Source: Heteronotia binoei (Eukaryota). Taken from it: a stretch of 64,000 bases of DNA. Shown here in pieces: positions 1-11,330 of this stretch (position 1 is its first letter; every line of letters starts with the position of its first letter). A program made the position numbers and the translations under genes. The stretch covers positions 22,444,001-22,508,000 of the forward strand of contig NC_083224.1 of assembly GCF_032191835.1 (NCBI RefSeq), read 5' to 3'. The notes under the pieces are model-generated. The model searched no databases, was not told the origin of the DNA, and saw only the letters and a program-made list of their open reading frames with translations.

Positions 1-155
1 TAGTTCACTAGACTGGAAAGAAAATCCAACCCTGGTTCTTCCCCAGTGGATATTGCAGCCATGATGGTGAAGTCAGGGATGAAGACTCTGGGTGAGGGTC
101 AGGATCCAGCCTGTTCCATTCCTTCTCTTATCCCTCTCCCTTGCTGTTGTTTCAG

Positions 156-270
156 ATGTGGGGAGGATCCATGAAGGTGGAAGCAAAGTTCTCTGAGGTA
201 GAAGGAGCTCCGTCAGAGGAAGGTCGGAGGGCGCAGGCCCAGGAGTTTGCCCAAGATGCCCTGTCAAGTG
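156..270 (+). CDS. Linker exon after SCAN ([38 protein letters not shown])
   Basis: tttcag|ATGTGG...AAGTG|gtaagg; 115 bp, phase 0 to 1. Confidence 0.8.
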
Positions 271-2410
271 GTAAGGGGGCCTCCTGACAAAGGGAATTGG
301 GACACTTCTTGGGAACAGGGTTCAGGAAAAGAGAAAAGGGAAATATTTCTACAGACCACATAGAATGGAGTTTTGGGTAACAGTGCCATGGGATGCCATG
401 ATGGTCACTCCACTTTAAGGGGAAGTGTAAAGATTCATGGAGGGCAATCCCGTTCTTATTTATATCAGTGGAAATATGCATATCTCACCTTCTTTCCATT
501 GGAAAGACTCAAGGCAGCTAAAAAAGAAAAGAAGATAAATCTGGGTGCAGCTATGAGCTAAGGTGAATCAATGGAACCTCCACGTTCCCCTGACCAGCAT
601 GGCCCAGACTAACCAAGGTCGTCAGATCGCAGAAGCTAAGAATGGTCAGCCCTGATTAGTTTTGGGATTGGGAGACCACCAAAGAAATTCCGGGTTGCTT
701 TGCAGAGGCAGGCAATGACATACCGCCTCTGAATGTCTCTTGCTTTGAAGAACTGGAGTCCCCATAAGTCAGCTGTGACTTGACAGCACGTTATAAACAC
801 ACACAGACACACACACACACCCTGTTCTGGCATAGCGAATCTCAGGAAACCCATTGCCAGAGGCCAGCAGTTTGGGCCTCTGTGTCCCAGCTTAAAGACT
901 TTTCAGGGGCATCTGGGTGGCAACACTCAGAAAGAAGGCACTAGATTAGGGAGCCCAGGCCATGGGGAAGAATGAAAATATGGGGAAGAAGGCCCAGCAA
1001 GTGAGAGAATGTCACGCTTGGGCTTTTGGTCTGATTTAGCAGGGATACTGAAACCATTTGAGTTCCAGGACTCACAAGACACTTTCAAGTTTCACAGAAG
1101 TTTGCAATGTATTGGCAGCATTTATTACCTCCCAAGGTTCATGGGTACCTGGTGCTTCTCTTCTGCCTCTCCCACAGTTTACCAATAGTTATTACCAATT
1201 TTCTTGAGTATAAAGAAGACAAGATTTCACAACTCTGGGAATTGGGATGCATAAGCAAGATTAAGAAAAGCAAAGAAAATAGGAATTAGAGGCTAAAATT
1301 CTTCCTTCCCATTTTGGCTCCCTCTCAGGCAGTGAAGAGATGTTATCGAGCCGTTTTCTTTGCAGAGAAGTGGAAACGCCTCCTCGACCTCTGGTCCAGG
1401 TAGGGGAGATGGATGGGGGATAGTCAGGGCCCTCGCTCCGTTCTTAGGGAAGGTTTTCTTCCTGCTATATGAGGAAGAGAGGCTCTGAACAGCACTGCCT
1501 CTACACCTACTAAGCTCTACATCCTGCACTCTCACAAACTACTCCGTCAAGAGTGTCAGGTCTCTGCCTGGCATGATCTGTGATGGGGGAATCTGCTTTT
1601 TTCTTTCAGTCTCCATTTTCCTTTGAGGAAGTGGCCGTGTATTTCACCGTGGCAGAGTGGGGCCTGCTGGATCTGGGCCAAAAAGATCTCTACAGGGAAG
1701 TCATGCTGGAGAACTATGAAAGTGTGGCTTTTCTGGGTAAGGATCTTTCATAGGTGCTAAAGGTGTGAATTGCTGCCATTGGAATGATGCATGAATCAAC
1801 AGCAATATATGTTTGTGAGGCCAGGGCAGTTAATTGACCACCACTGGGTGTCTCGAGAAGTTGGGGTCACCATTAATGTGATGTTCAGCATGGCCAGGTA
1901 GAGCGATACAAGCCACCCCACTGATCCAGGGGTAGCTGAGGCCAGTATTATAGCCATCACCCAAGGACAAGGCAGACTTGAGTGGCCCTCTGAAAGACTC
2001 TGGAAGGACCAGATCCTAATTTCTCAGTTGTCAGCCTTTACAACATCCCTTGTAAAGAGGCCATCCACTCTGACTGTAACCTGAAAAAGATCCATCCCCC
2101 TTAGAGTGACTAGCCTTGTGAGCTTTGACCTTGACCATGGTTCTGTCCTTCCAGAGGAAATTTGCTCTTTCTTGGATTTCTCTCCTTCCCTATATAAAAA
2201 TGATCTTTCTTCTCTTTCCCTCCCTCCCTCCCTCCCTCCCTCTTCCTCTGTCCCTCAAAGAAGCCAGGAATGTAAAAGATCCTATGTTTGAGATAGACAA
2301 GGGCCTTGCATCTGAAGAATGGCTAGAGAGTTTTTCCGGAAGATCTCAAGAGACTATTTCCTCCCAAGTGAACTGGCAGCAAGTGGGTATCCTCTACAGT
2401 TATGTCAAGG

Positions 2411-2496
<86 letters not shown>

Positions 2497-5400
2497 GATT
2501 TTATTTATATCCCGCCCTCCCCGCCTAGGCGGCTCAGGGCGGCTAACAACATTCCATACGTTAACATAGATAGGCAAAACTTTAAATTTAACAATTAAAA
2601 AATTTAAACATATAAAAACCAGTTAATTAAGTTAAAACACATAATTTAAATTACATTAAATGTATCTGGCAGCAATAAAACTGTTCTGGCGCTGGTTCTG
2701 CCAGTTTAGATAGTTCCATGGTAATATTATAGATGGCGGTTCTTTTATTCCTAGCAACTTAGCAGTCGATATCAGTATAGGCTTGTCTGAAAAGGGCGGC
2801 CTTGCAGGCCCTGCGGAACTGGTCGAGGTTCCGCAGGGCCCGCACTTCCTCCGGAAGCTGGTTCCACAGTGCAGGAGCCGCAGCTGAAATGCCCGTGCTC
2901 TGGTGTTTTGGAGTTTGACCTCTCTCGACCCAGGGATGGTCATTTTATTTTTACCCACTGACCTCAGTGCCCTCTGGGGTTCATATGGGGAGAGACGGTC
3001 CCTTAGGTAGGCTGGTCCTCGGCCATATAGGGCTTTAAAGGTAATAACCAACACTTTGTACTGGACTCGGTAGGTGATTGGCAGCCAGTGCAGTCCGCGC
3101 AACCCCGGCCGTATGTGCTCCCATTTCGAGAGCCCCAATAGTAGCCTGGCCGACGGAATGAGCAAGGAGTACCCATGGGACCTTTCCTCTTCACTTCTAA
3201 GCTGTGCTTGGTTTGGTAAAATTACCAAGTATGTTGACTGAGGAGAGAGGCCTTCTTGGGCCTGGAATCTGGAGGCTCAGAAGCTCCTTCTGGGGCTGAG
3301 CTGATTTGTGGCTATTGAGTGGCCACGCTAGCTTTAAATACTAGCTATTCCAGGGAATAGGGGGTTTACCTAAGAACAGCCGTGCTAGATGAGGCCAAAG
3401 GCACATCAGCCCTTTCCTTCATTCTTCACATGGATGCCTTCAGGCCTTCCTATGAGTTGGAGATGAGTCTGAGTGGTTTCTTTGGCGCTGTTCTACCTTT
3501 CAGGGGTGTTTGCAGCAAGTAGTCCCACCAGTTAACACTGCAACCCAGGGGGAACTGGCTTAAGTCAAACCACATAACCACCTCTGTTGTCGTGAGGTAG
3601 ATCACTCCTCTCCCCAAGAGGATGGAATTGTGTGCTAATGAAGAGATTCGATAACCCAGTTAGAAACAGGTTCTCAGTTGAAGCACAGTTGGTTGATCCA
3701 TAAAAGGATAGAGGAAATACTGTATCAACCTCCCATCTTCTTCAGCGGCAAGTAACCAACTCCTTCCCAAAGGCTAAGAAGTCCTTTCCACCCCCTTGAA
3801 GCAGGAAAGCATCTGTCATGGAAAAACACACAGACACAGAAAAGCCAGGTATACCCGTCCACTCAGCACGCCCCAATGCCTGGGTTTCTCCAAAGCCAGC
3901 CAGCACCATCTCCCCCGTCCCCAAGGAAGAGGGTTGACTACAATGACACCCCTGTACTGCTCTAAGGGTCTGCCAAACTAGCTTCCCCATGTTCACATTA
4001 CATCATCCTGGTCATGCTGAACATGCACATTTGGTGCAAGTTCCCTGCATGTTAACAGATGTTTTGGAAAGACGGAACAGGACAGACTCTTCTGAGGCCT
4101 TATCTGGACTTTTCAGCACTGCATGTTTCTCTGGGATGGGCTTCCAGAGGCTCTTACTCTACTATAACAAGTTAATGACCCTGAGACCCCATAAGCCAGT
4201 TTTCTGGCTATCTCTTGCTGAAAATAAGAGAGACCTGCTGACTTGGTGCTTCTACAAGAGGCAGAACCACCTGGATGATTCAGAAATCGCTGCACATTAG
4301 ACAATATGCCCAGCTAGCAAGTAGAGGAAGGGTGTTGAACTCATTTGTTATGAGAGTCAGATCTGACATAAATGAGACCTTGTCAGGCTGGGCCATGTGT
4401 GTCAAAAATGTAATGCTAGGTAGTGGAGACATAAACTTTTAAAAGACACAGACAAGCACAATTGAAGAATTTTTTTTAACAAAAAACACCTTTAAATAAA
4501 ACATGCTTAAAAGATTAGCACTTCTGCAATATTTTGTTTATTTAACTGTCTCTGATAGCTCACACCTGTTGCTCTGAATTATTGCATCAAAATCTGGAAA
4601 CAGTGTCTGTGCTGTAGCAATCTTGAGAATGCTGTTCAGGAGTGTGTATATAAGTCGCTGAAATCTCAGGGTAATGCTTTGTACTTAAGACCCAGGGGAA
4701 AACATTGAATGGCTGGGCATTGAGAGCTTTTATTGATAAGCCGTTTCATGTGCTGGTCACTTTTGCTCTGTAGCTCTTGTACAATTGAGCAAGCCTGGTA
4801 AAACAAACTGTGATGCATAGGAAGAAAGAGAGAGAAGCAGACTTGTTTGTGGGCCTGATAGGAGCCTTCTGGAGGCCTGATTTAGCCCCCGGGCTGCACG
4901 TTTGACACCCCTGGTAGAGTATGGCTCAGAAATCGCAAGAAAATGCTTTCGAGCTTGAGAAAGGTGGCCCTACACTGCAGGGCTGGTTTTCTCATTGGTC
5001 ATCACTTGCCCCCTTAACAAATGACATCTCTTCCAAAAACCATGGGGTCCCCCTCTGAAGTGTGGGGTTCACTTACTTAGATCATGGTTAGATCCACAAA
5101 AAACATGTATCTGGGAAGGCTGAAACCCAGCTCCTCCTGGCTCTCTTCACAAGTAGAAAGAAACTCTCAGTGTAGTCACAGTACTGCATATCATGATAAC
5201 TGCTTGTATTTAATTCTGTAGAGCAGAGAGTCACAAGAGCTGCACAGCAAGTCAACTGGGAACAGTGAGGGAATCATTCTTTGCCAGTCTCTCCCTTAAA
5301 GTATGTTTGAGGAGAGGGGGGATGGGCAGAATGTAAAAACAGCTCTATGGCAAGGTGTGACCAGTGGCTCAGTTTGGTAGGAAGGAAGATCATATAAAAG

Positions 5401-7944
5401 AAATGCAGACTCAAGAGCAAGGAGTGTCTGACTGGTGGCTTGGCTTCTTGTATGGATGCTGATTGAAACTCTTTCTTCATTCCAGCAGCGGATGTAGAGG
5501 AGACAGCGAGGGAATTCCAGAGGTTCTCCTTGGATATAGTGAAGAATGAAGATGCCAAAGAAAGTTTTGGAGATGGACCTCAGAGGCAGGAGGAAAGCCA
5601 TGCAGGTAAGAGGAAGGATAAGCCCATTCCTTCCCCAAAAGGGGGTCCTTTATAAAACCCCAGTCCATGAAGAAAGGTCAGTCGACAAATGAAGGAAAAA
5701 GGACTCAAGTGTCTCTGATGCAGGAAGCTTAATGTACTTTCAAAGTCTATAGGTATTCTTGTAGACTTCGGTGTACAACAGGAGGAGGTAGGCACTGAAA
5801 TATTTGGAGTGTGGATAAAAAATCCAGTAGCACATCATACCTCCATGTGTAGATTCTAACAGGAGATCTCTCTCTTTATTCCAGCAGGAGATAATCAGAG
5901 GAATGAGGAGGATGAGGAACTGCATCATCACTTGCCAGATGTAGTCAAGAATGAAGGTGTGAGAGGAAACGTCAGGATTCCAAGCAGACCTCAGAGAGTT
6001 AGGTGCAGGATGATGAAAAGGGTTAAATCTATTCCTTGCCAAGGTGGGGATTTTCAAGAAGTAATTCACATGTTGAAGGAAACATACAAGTGCTTGGAGT
6101 GTGGAATGAAATTCTCAGATCCAACCCAATATAATATACATTTTTCAAAGCACAGTATAATGAAGGCATGTAAATGCTTTCGGTGTGGAAAGTACTTCAG
6201 ATACAAATCACAACTCCTTGTGCACCAAAGGATCCACACAGAGGAGAAGCCCTTTGAATGCTCAGAGTGCGGGGAGAGATTCAGTCACCGTAGCAGTCTT
6301 CAACAGCATCTAAGAACCCACACAGGGGAGAAGCCTTTTGAATGCTCAGAGTGTGGGAAGAGCTTCAGTCAGAGTAGCAATCTTAAAATTCATCTAAGAA
6401 CGCACACAGGGGAGAAGCCTTTTCAATGCTCAGAGTGTGGAAGGAGATTCAGTCACAGTGGCAATCTGCAAAGTCATCTACAAACCCACACAGGTGAGAA
6501 GCCTTTTGAATGTTCTGAGTGTGGGAAGAGATTCAGTTGGATTGGCCATCTTCAACATCATCAAAGAACTCACACAGGAGAGAAGCCTTTTGAGTGCTCA
6601 GAGTGTGGGAAAAGATTTACTCACAGTGGCACTCTTCAAAAACATATAAGAACCCACATAGGAGAGAAACCTTTTGAATGCTCAGAGTGTGGGAAGAGAT
6701 TCAGCCACAATGGCCATCTTCAGAGTCATCTAAGAACTCACACAGGGGAGAAGCCTTTTGAGTGCTCAAGGTGTGGGAAGAGATTCAGTCAGAGTAGCAG
6801 TCTTCAAAGTCATCTAAGAACCCACACAGGGGAGAAGCCTTTTGAATGCTCAGAGTGTGGAAAGAAATTCAGTCACAGTGGTCATCTTCAAAGTCATCGA
6901 AGAACCCATACAGGGGAGAAGCCTTTTGAATGCTCAAAGTGTGGGAAGAGATTCAGTGAGAGTAGCAGTCTTTATGGTCATCTACGAACCCACACAGGAG
7001 AGAAGCCTTTTGAATGCTCAGAGTGTGGGAAGAGATTTTGCCGCAGTGGCAGTCTTCAACAACATCAAAGAATTCACACAGGGGAGAAGCCTTTTGAATG
7101 CTCAGAGTGTGGAAAGAAATTCAGTGACAATAGCAGTCTTCAAAGACATCTAAGAACCCACACAGGGGAAAAGCCTTTTGAATGCGCAGAGTGTGGGAAA
7201 AGATTCAGCCGCAGTTGCTATCTTCAACAACATCAAAAAACCCACACAGAGGAGAAGCCTTTTGAATGCTCAGAGTGTGGAAAGAGATTCAGTCAGAACG
7301 GCAATCTTCAAAGTCATCTACAAACCCACACAGGGGAGAAACCTTTTGAATGCTCACACTGTGGGAAGAGATTCAGTCGGAGTGGCAATCTAATACAGCA
7401 TCAAAGAACACTCAAAGGGGAGAAGCCTTTTGAATGCTCAGAGTGTGGGAAGAGATTCTGTCACAGTAGCAGTTTTCAAAGTCATCTAAGAACCCACACA
7501 AGGGAGAAGGCTTTTGAATGCTCAGAATGTGGGAAGAGATTCAGTGACAGTAGTAGTCTTCAATGTCATCTAAGGACCCACACAGGGGAAAAGCCTTTTG
7601 AGTGCTCAGAGTGTGGGAAGAGATTTAGCCGCAGTAGCCACCTTCATCAACATCAGAGAACCCACACAGGGGAGAAGCCTTTTGAATGCTCAGAGTGTGG
7701 GAAGAGATTCAGGGACAGTAGCAGTCTTCAAAAACATCTAAGAACCCATACAGGGGAGAAGCCCTTTCAATGTTCAGTGTGTGGGAAGAGATTCAGTTGG
7801 AGTGGAAATTTTCATAGTCATCTACGAACACACACAGGGGAGAAGCCTTTTGAATGCTCAGAGTGCGGGAAGAGATTCAATCACAGAAGCAGTCTTCAAA
7901 GTCATCTACGAATCCACACAGGGGAGAAGCCCTGCAGCATATGA
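156..7944 (+). CDS. SCAN-KRAB-C2H2 zinc-finger gene, copy 1, 5'-partial (exons 156-270, 1329-1399, 1610-1736, 5489-5605, 5888-7944; SCAN exon lies upstream of the window)
   Basis: Canonical AG/GT borders with compatible phases (0-1, 1-0, 0-1, 1-1, 1-stop), a KRAB-A motif and TGEKP-linked fingers. Confidence 0.88.
590..820 (+). mobile_element. 5S rRNA-derived SINE with BovB/Sauria-like tail (copies near 31182-31412 and 61770-61990)
   Basis: gtcgtcagatcgcagaagctaag..gggagaccacc resembles the 5S internal control region; ggcaatg...cataagtcag...gacttgac tail followed by (AC)n. Confidence 0.75.
1329..1399 (+). CDS. Short linker exon ([24 protein letters not shown])
   Basis: ctctcag|GCAGT...GTCCAG|gtaggg; 71 bp, phase 1 to 0, restores frame into KRAB. 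Confidence 0.78.
1610..1736 (+). CDS. KRAB-A exon ([42 protein letters not shown])
   Basis: 127-bp exon with the typical [17 protein letters not shown]...[11 protein letters not shown] motif; ctttcag / gtaagg borders. Confidence 0.95.
2412..2495. repeat. (AAT)28 microsatellite, the L2 3' tail (copy at 33004-33087)
   Basis: Perfect trinucleotide run. Confidence 0.98.
2415..3154 (-). mobile_element. 5'-truncated L2 LINE with (ATT)28 tail and GGAAT target-site duplication
   Basis: ORF2 C-terminus [30 protein letters not shown]; GGAAT at 2410-2414 and 3155-3159; empty site at 63568-63572. Confidence 0.92.
4329..4913. mobile_element. Non-autonomous hAT/Charlie-type element (copy at 34921-35505)
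   Basis: Ends agggtgttgaac...gtttgacacccctg; flanks gtagagga / gtagagta are 7/8 TSD-like; the interior matches the transposase tail near 20850-20940. Confidence 0.7.
5489..5605 (+). CDS. Acidic linker exon ([40 protein letters not shown])
   Basis: ttccagcag acceptor, GCAG|gtaaga donor, 117 bp, phase 1-1, no stop codon. Confidence 0.72.
5888..7944 (+). CDS. Terminal C2H2 zinc-finger exon A: 22 fingers (one lacking the last His), ending in RTE-derived ...KPCSI*
   Basis: ORF 5932-7944 (its 'M' is a TTG; the frame extends to acceptor ttccagcag|GA at 5888); CxxC...HxxxH-TGEKPF repeats. Confidence 0.96.
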
Positions 7945-8896
7945 CGTCCTGCTTTGCAGAGGCTGCCAAGCTATTCGGCCTAGAAGTTAGTCTGAAGAAG
8001 ACAGAAGTTCTCCACCAGCCTGCACCCCAGGAAGATTATCACCCTCCCTGCATCACTGTGGGTGAATCAGTTCTGAAGACAGTCCAGCAGTTCAGCTACC
8101 TGGGGTGCATCATCTCCTCAGATGCCAAGATCGACAAGGAGATTGACAACAGGCTGGCAAAGGCAAACCGTGCATTTGGCCGACTGCACAAAAGAGTGTG
8201 GAGCAACAAGCATCTGAAAAAAGGCACAAAGATCAATGTTTACAAAGCGGTTGTGATGACAACCCTCATCTATGGCTCCGAATCGTGGGTTTTATACCGT
8301 CATCACCTGCGACTCCTTGAGCGCTTTCATCAGCGCTGCCTTCGCACCATCCTCAACATCCACTGGAGTGACTTTGTGACCAACACTGAAGTCCTCAAGC
8401 GGGCAGAGGTTACCAGCATCGAGGCACTGCTGTTGAAGACGCAGCTGCGCTGGGCAGGGCATATTTCTAGGATGGAAAACCACCGCCTTCCCAAGATTGC
8501 CCTGTATGGCGAACTCTCCACCGGCCATCGAAATAGAGGGGCACCAAAGAAGAGGTACAAGGACTCCTTGAAGAAATCCCTTAGCACCTGTCACATCAAC
8601 CATCACCAGTGGTCTGACCTAGCCTCAGATCGCAAAGCATGGAGGCACACCATCCACCAGGCTGTCTCTTCCTTTGAGAACGCACGCATAGCTGGTCTTG
8701 AGGACAAAAGGAGATTGAGGAAGAATCGCACTGCTACAGGACCAACCCTAAATCAGACTTTTCCCTGCAGCCGCTGTGGCCGGACCTGCCTGTCCCACAT
8801 TGGTCTTGTCAGCCACCAGCGAGCCTGCAGCAAACGTGGACTATTGCACCCTTCTTAAATCTTCGTTCGCGAAGCCAAGCCGAGAGAGAGAGAGAG
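7929..8896 (+). mobile_element. 5'-truncated RTE-clade LINE (RTE-1-like, not BovB), RT C-terminal half, (GA)n tail
   Basis: Uninterrupted ORF to 8858 containing FSYLG, LRWAGHISRM and RLPKIALYGEL, with C-terminal CSRC..SHQRAC; 3' end cttcgttcgcgaagccaagcc(ga)n. Confidence 0.93.
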
Positions 8897-9654
8897 TTTG
8901 GCAGGGCCGGATTAACAATTAGGCAAATGAGGCATTTGCCTATGGGCCCCCATGCCTTTAGGGGCCCTGGGCCAGCTTCTCCCCCCCCCCCAGTTTCCCC
9001 CCCCCGTAGCTAGTTTGCCTCTTTTTCCATCGGCCCCTTCCCCTCAGCTTACCTGCCTCGCCTTTTCCCCATCACTAACCCCCACTTCACCTGCCCCCTC
9101 CCTCGTTGCTTCTCTGATCGTCAGCTTCCCTCTTCACCTGACCCCTCCCCGTTGTTTCTGTTTTTGTCCGTTTGCCCCGCCTCCTCTCCATCTGCCATCC
9201 CCGCCCCATGGGAAACCCATCTCTGGTGTGAGAGAAAACTGCTTCCGTGCTCACCGGGTTTGCAAGGCACTTTTGGCGGGGAGGAAAGGGAAGCCATTGC
9301 AAAACTCCATCTGGGCTCTAGTTGAGTGGTGGGCTGTGAGCACAGGACACTTTCCCCCCAAGCAGAAATCCAGATTGCCTACAGCAAAAAAAAGTGAGAA
9401 AGCAAGCCAGGCAAGCCGGCTCTGTTAGGTTCGCCTGCCCTTCAGCAGCTCCTCAGCATCTAGCAGCGCCAGGCCAGCCAACTCTTTAACTCCTGGGGGG
9501 AGCTGGAGGCTGCTTTTGCTGCAGGCTCAGTCCCATAGCCAGAAATTTCTGAGTGGGGGGGCCCAGGGCATAAAAGTTTGGGTGGGGGGGCCATGGAGGC
9601 TTGGCTGCTTTTTCCAGCAGCCAGCTGCCCGGCCCCAGTTCACTCGCTCTCACG

Positions 9655-10065
9655 CTCTTGAGGGTGGGAAGAGCCTGGGGGGGAGCGTCAGCAGCAAAAA
9701 TGGGGCCACGGGGAGAGTGGGGGAGGCAGGGAAGAGCCCGGGGAGAGTGGCACTGGGAAAAAAGGGGCCGCGGGGAGAGCGGAGGAGGCAGGGAAGAGCC
9801 CAGGGAGAGCAGCAGCAGAAATGGGGCCGCGGGGAAGGCAGGGAAGAGCCCGGGGAGAGCGGCAGTAGGGGAAATGGGGCCACAGGGAGAGTGGAGGAGG
9901 CAGGGGAGAGCGGCAGCGGAGAAAATGGGGCTGCGGGGAGAGTGGGAGAGGCAGGGAAGAGCCCGGAGAGAGTGGCAGCGGCAAAAATGGGGCTGCAGAG
10001 AGACCGGGGGAGGCAAAAAAGGGGTGGGAAGAGCCTGGGGAGAGCGGCGGTGCGAAAATGGGGGA
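9655..10065. repeat. G-rich degenerate minisatellite, ~40-45-bp units (copy at 40247-40657)
   Basis: Recurring ggggagag(c/t)gg..aaaatggggc..gcagggaagagcc; explains the low-complexity ORFs in several frames. Confidence 0.85.
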
Positions 10066-10101
10066 ATGCCTTTTTAGCACCGGTTCCTGCCGGCTGACAC
10101 A

Positions 10102-10304
10102 GGAGCCCCGTGGTACAGAGTGTGTACTGCAGTCCTAAATTCTGCTCACGACCTGAGTTCAATCCCCGGTGGAAGCTGGGTTTTCAGGTAGCCGGCTCAA
10201 GGTTGACTCAGCCTTCCATCCTTCCGAGGTTGGTAAAATGAGTACCCAGCTTGCTGGGGGGAAAGTGTAGATGACTGGGGAAGGCAATGGCAAACCACCC
10301 CATA
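10102..10304 (+). mobile_element. Sauria SINE, 3'-truncated (copy at 40694-40896)
   Basis: tRNA-like head followed by ggttgactcagccttccatccttccgagg..aaaatgagtacccagcttgctgggg..gaaggcaatggcaaaccac. Confidence 0.85.
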
Positions 10305-10949
10305 ACAGAAAGTTTCAGTCTCCTCTGCATGTGAAAAACAAAGAATCACATATTGAGAAGGAAAATAGTTCTGCTGTATTAACCTCATTTCTGCAGGGAG
10401 AAGAATTTTGTGAGTATATTGAAGGGGTGATAGGCAGGGTCATAAACAAAAGACTTCTTCAGTACTGTCAAGCATACAGACTTCAAGATAACCAACGGAT
10501 GATTTTGAAACAAAGTATTGGTTTATTGTAAATCCATTGTGCTCATGGTAAGACCATATTGAAAGTGATACGGTTTAACACAAGATAGCTGGCTTTAAGG
10601 GATACATCAAAGAGACACTAAAGAATGCAAGGAATTCTTGCATATACATGTGAAAAGCTACACTCACAGGCCCGGCTATCACAGGCCCGGGCAGTGACCC
10701 AGCAGGCCCGGCTATCTTTTGTGGTTCCAAACATCCTAGGTCTCAGGCTTAGGCCTGGGAATCGTCCCTGGGAGGTGTTGTCTTCAAAGCTGGTATTTCT
10801 ACATTTGTTACAGTAGGTGCTAACTTGGGAATAGTTTACATAGCTTTGATATGCAACAGTACAGTAAGATAATAAACAATATAGCTTTCTACTGAGAATA
10901 AAATGTATGCTTGACATAGTTTTGCCAAGTCCAATTCAAGAAATATCTG

Positions 10950-11330
10950 TGGACTTTGGGGGTGGAGCCAGGAGACATTGGGGCGGAGCCAGGAACAAGG
11001 GTGTGACAAGCATAATTGAACTCCAAGGGAGTTCTGGCCATCACATTTAAAGGGACCGCACACCTTTTTTAAATGCCTTCCTTAGGAATTAATGAAGGAT
11101 AGGGGCACCTTTTTTGGGGCTCATAGAATTGGACCCCATGGTCCAATCGTTTTGAAACTTGGGGGATACTTTGGGGAGGCTCACTAGATACTATACTGAA
11201 AATTTGGTGCCTCTACCTCAAAAAACAGCTCCCCCAGAGCCCCCGAAACCTCCAGATCAATTCCCCATTATACCCTATGAGAATCAATCTCCGCGTAGGG
11301 AATAACAAAGTGCTCAGCAGGCCCCACCCC
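10950..11330. mobile_element. Probable non-autonomous DNA-transposon-derived repeat of a type I recall from gecko genomes (copy at 41542-41922)
   Basis: ggtccaatc..tttgaaacttggggg..gaaaatttggtgcctctacctcaaaaaacag motif; recognised from memory only, family not assigned. Confidence 0.45.

Noticed and set aside
590-700. 5S rRNA-like sequence (also near 23500-23600 and 24050-24140)
   Set aside because: Heavily diverged and fused to a LINE-like tail; a SINE head, not an rRNA gene.
2125-2598. ORFs with poly-Ile, poly-Asn or poly-Tyr
   Set aside because: Translations of the (AAT)28 L2 tail.
1737-5485. Search for a KRAB-B exon
   Set aside because: No KRAB-B-like translation with splice sites recognised; the frame closes without it.
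5950-7930. Regular 84-bp periodicity resembling a repeat-spacer array
   Set aside because: C2H2 finger coding repeats in a vertebrate gene, not CRISPR.
5932-7944. ORF-track start 'M' at 5932 (and 17448) as a stand-alone intronless gene
   Set aside because: These are TTG (Leu) codons; the frame continues upstream to a splice acceptor, so these are exons.
6437-7990. Several 68-155-aa plus-strand ORFs of the [10 protein letters not shown] type overlapping finger exons (also 17707-19167)
   Set aside because: Shadow frames of the 84-bp finger repeat, expected from its codon usage; no independent evidence of coding.
9486-10162. Five overlapping 130-193-aa ORFs on both strands
   Set aside because: Stop-poor GC-rich minisatellite; low-complexity products.
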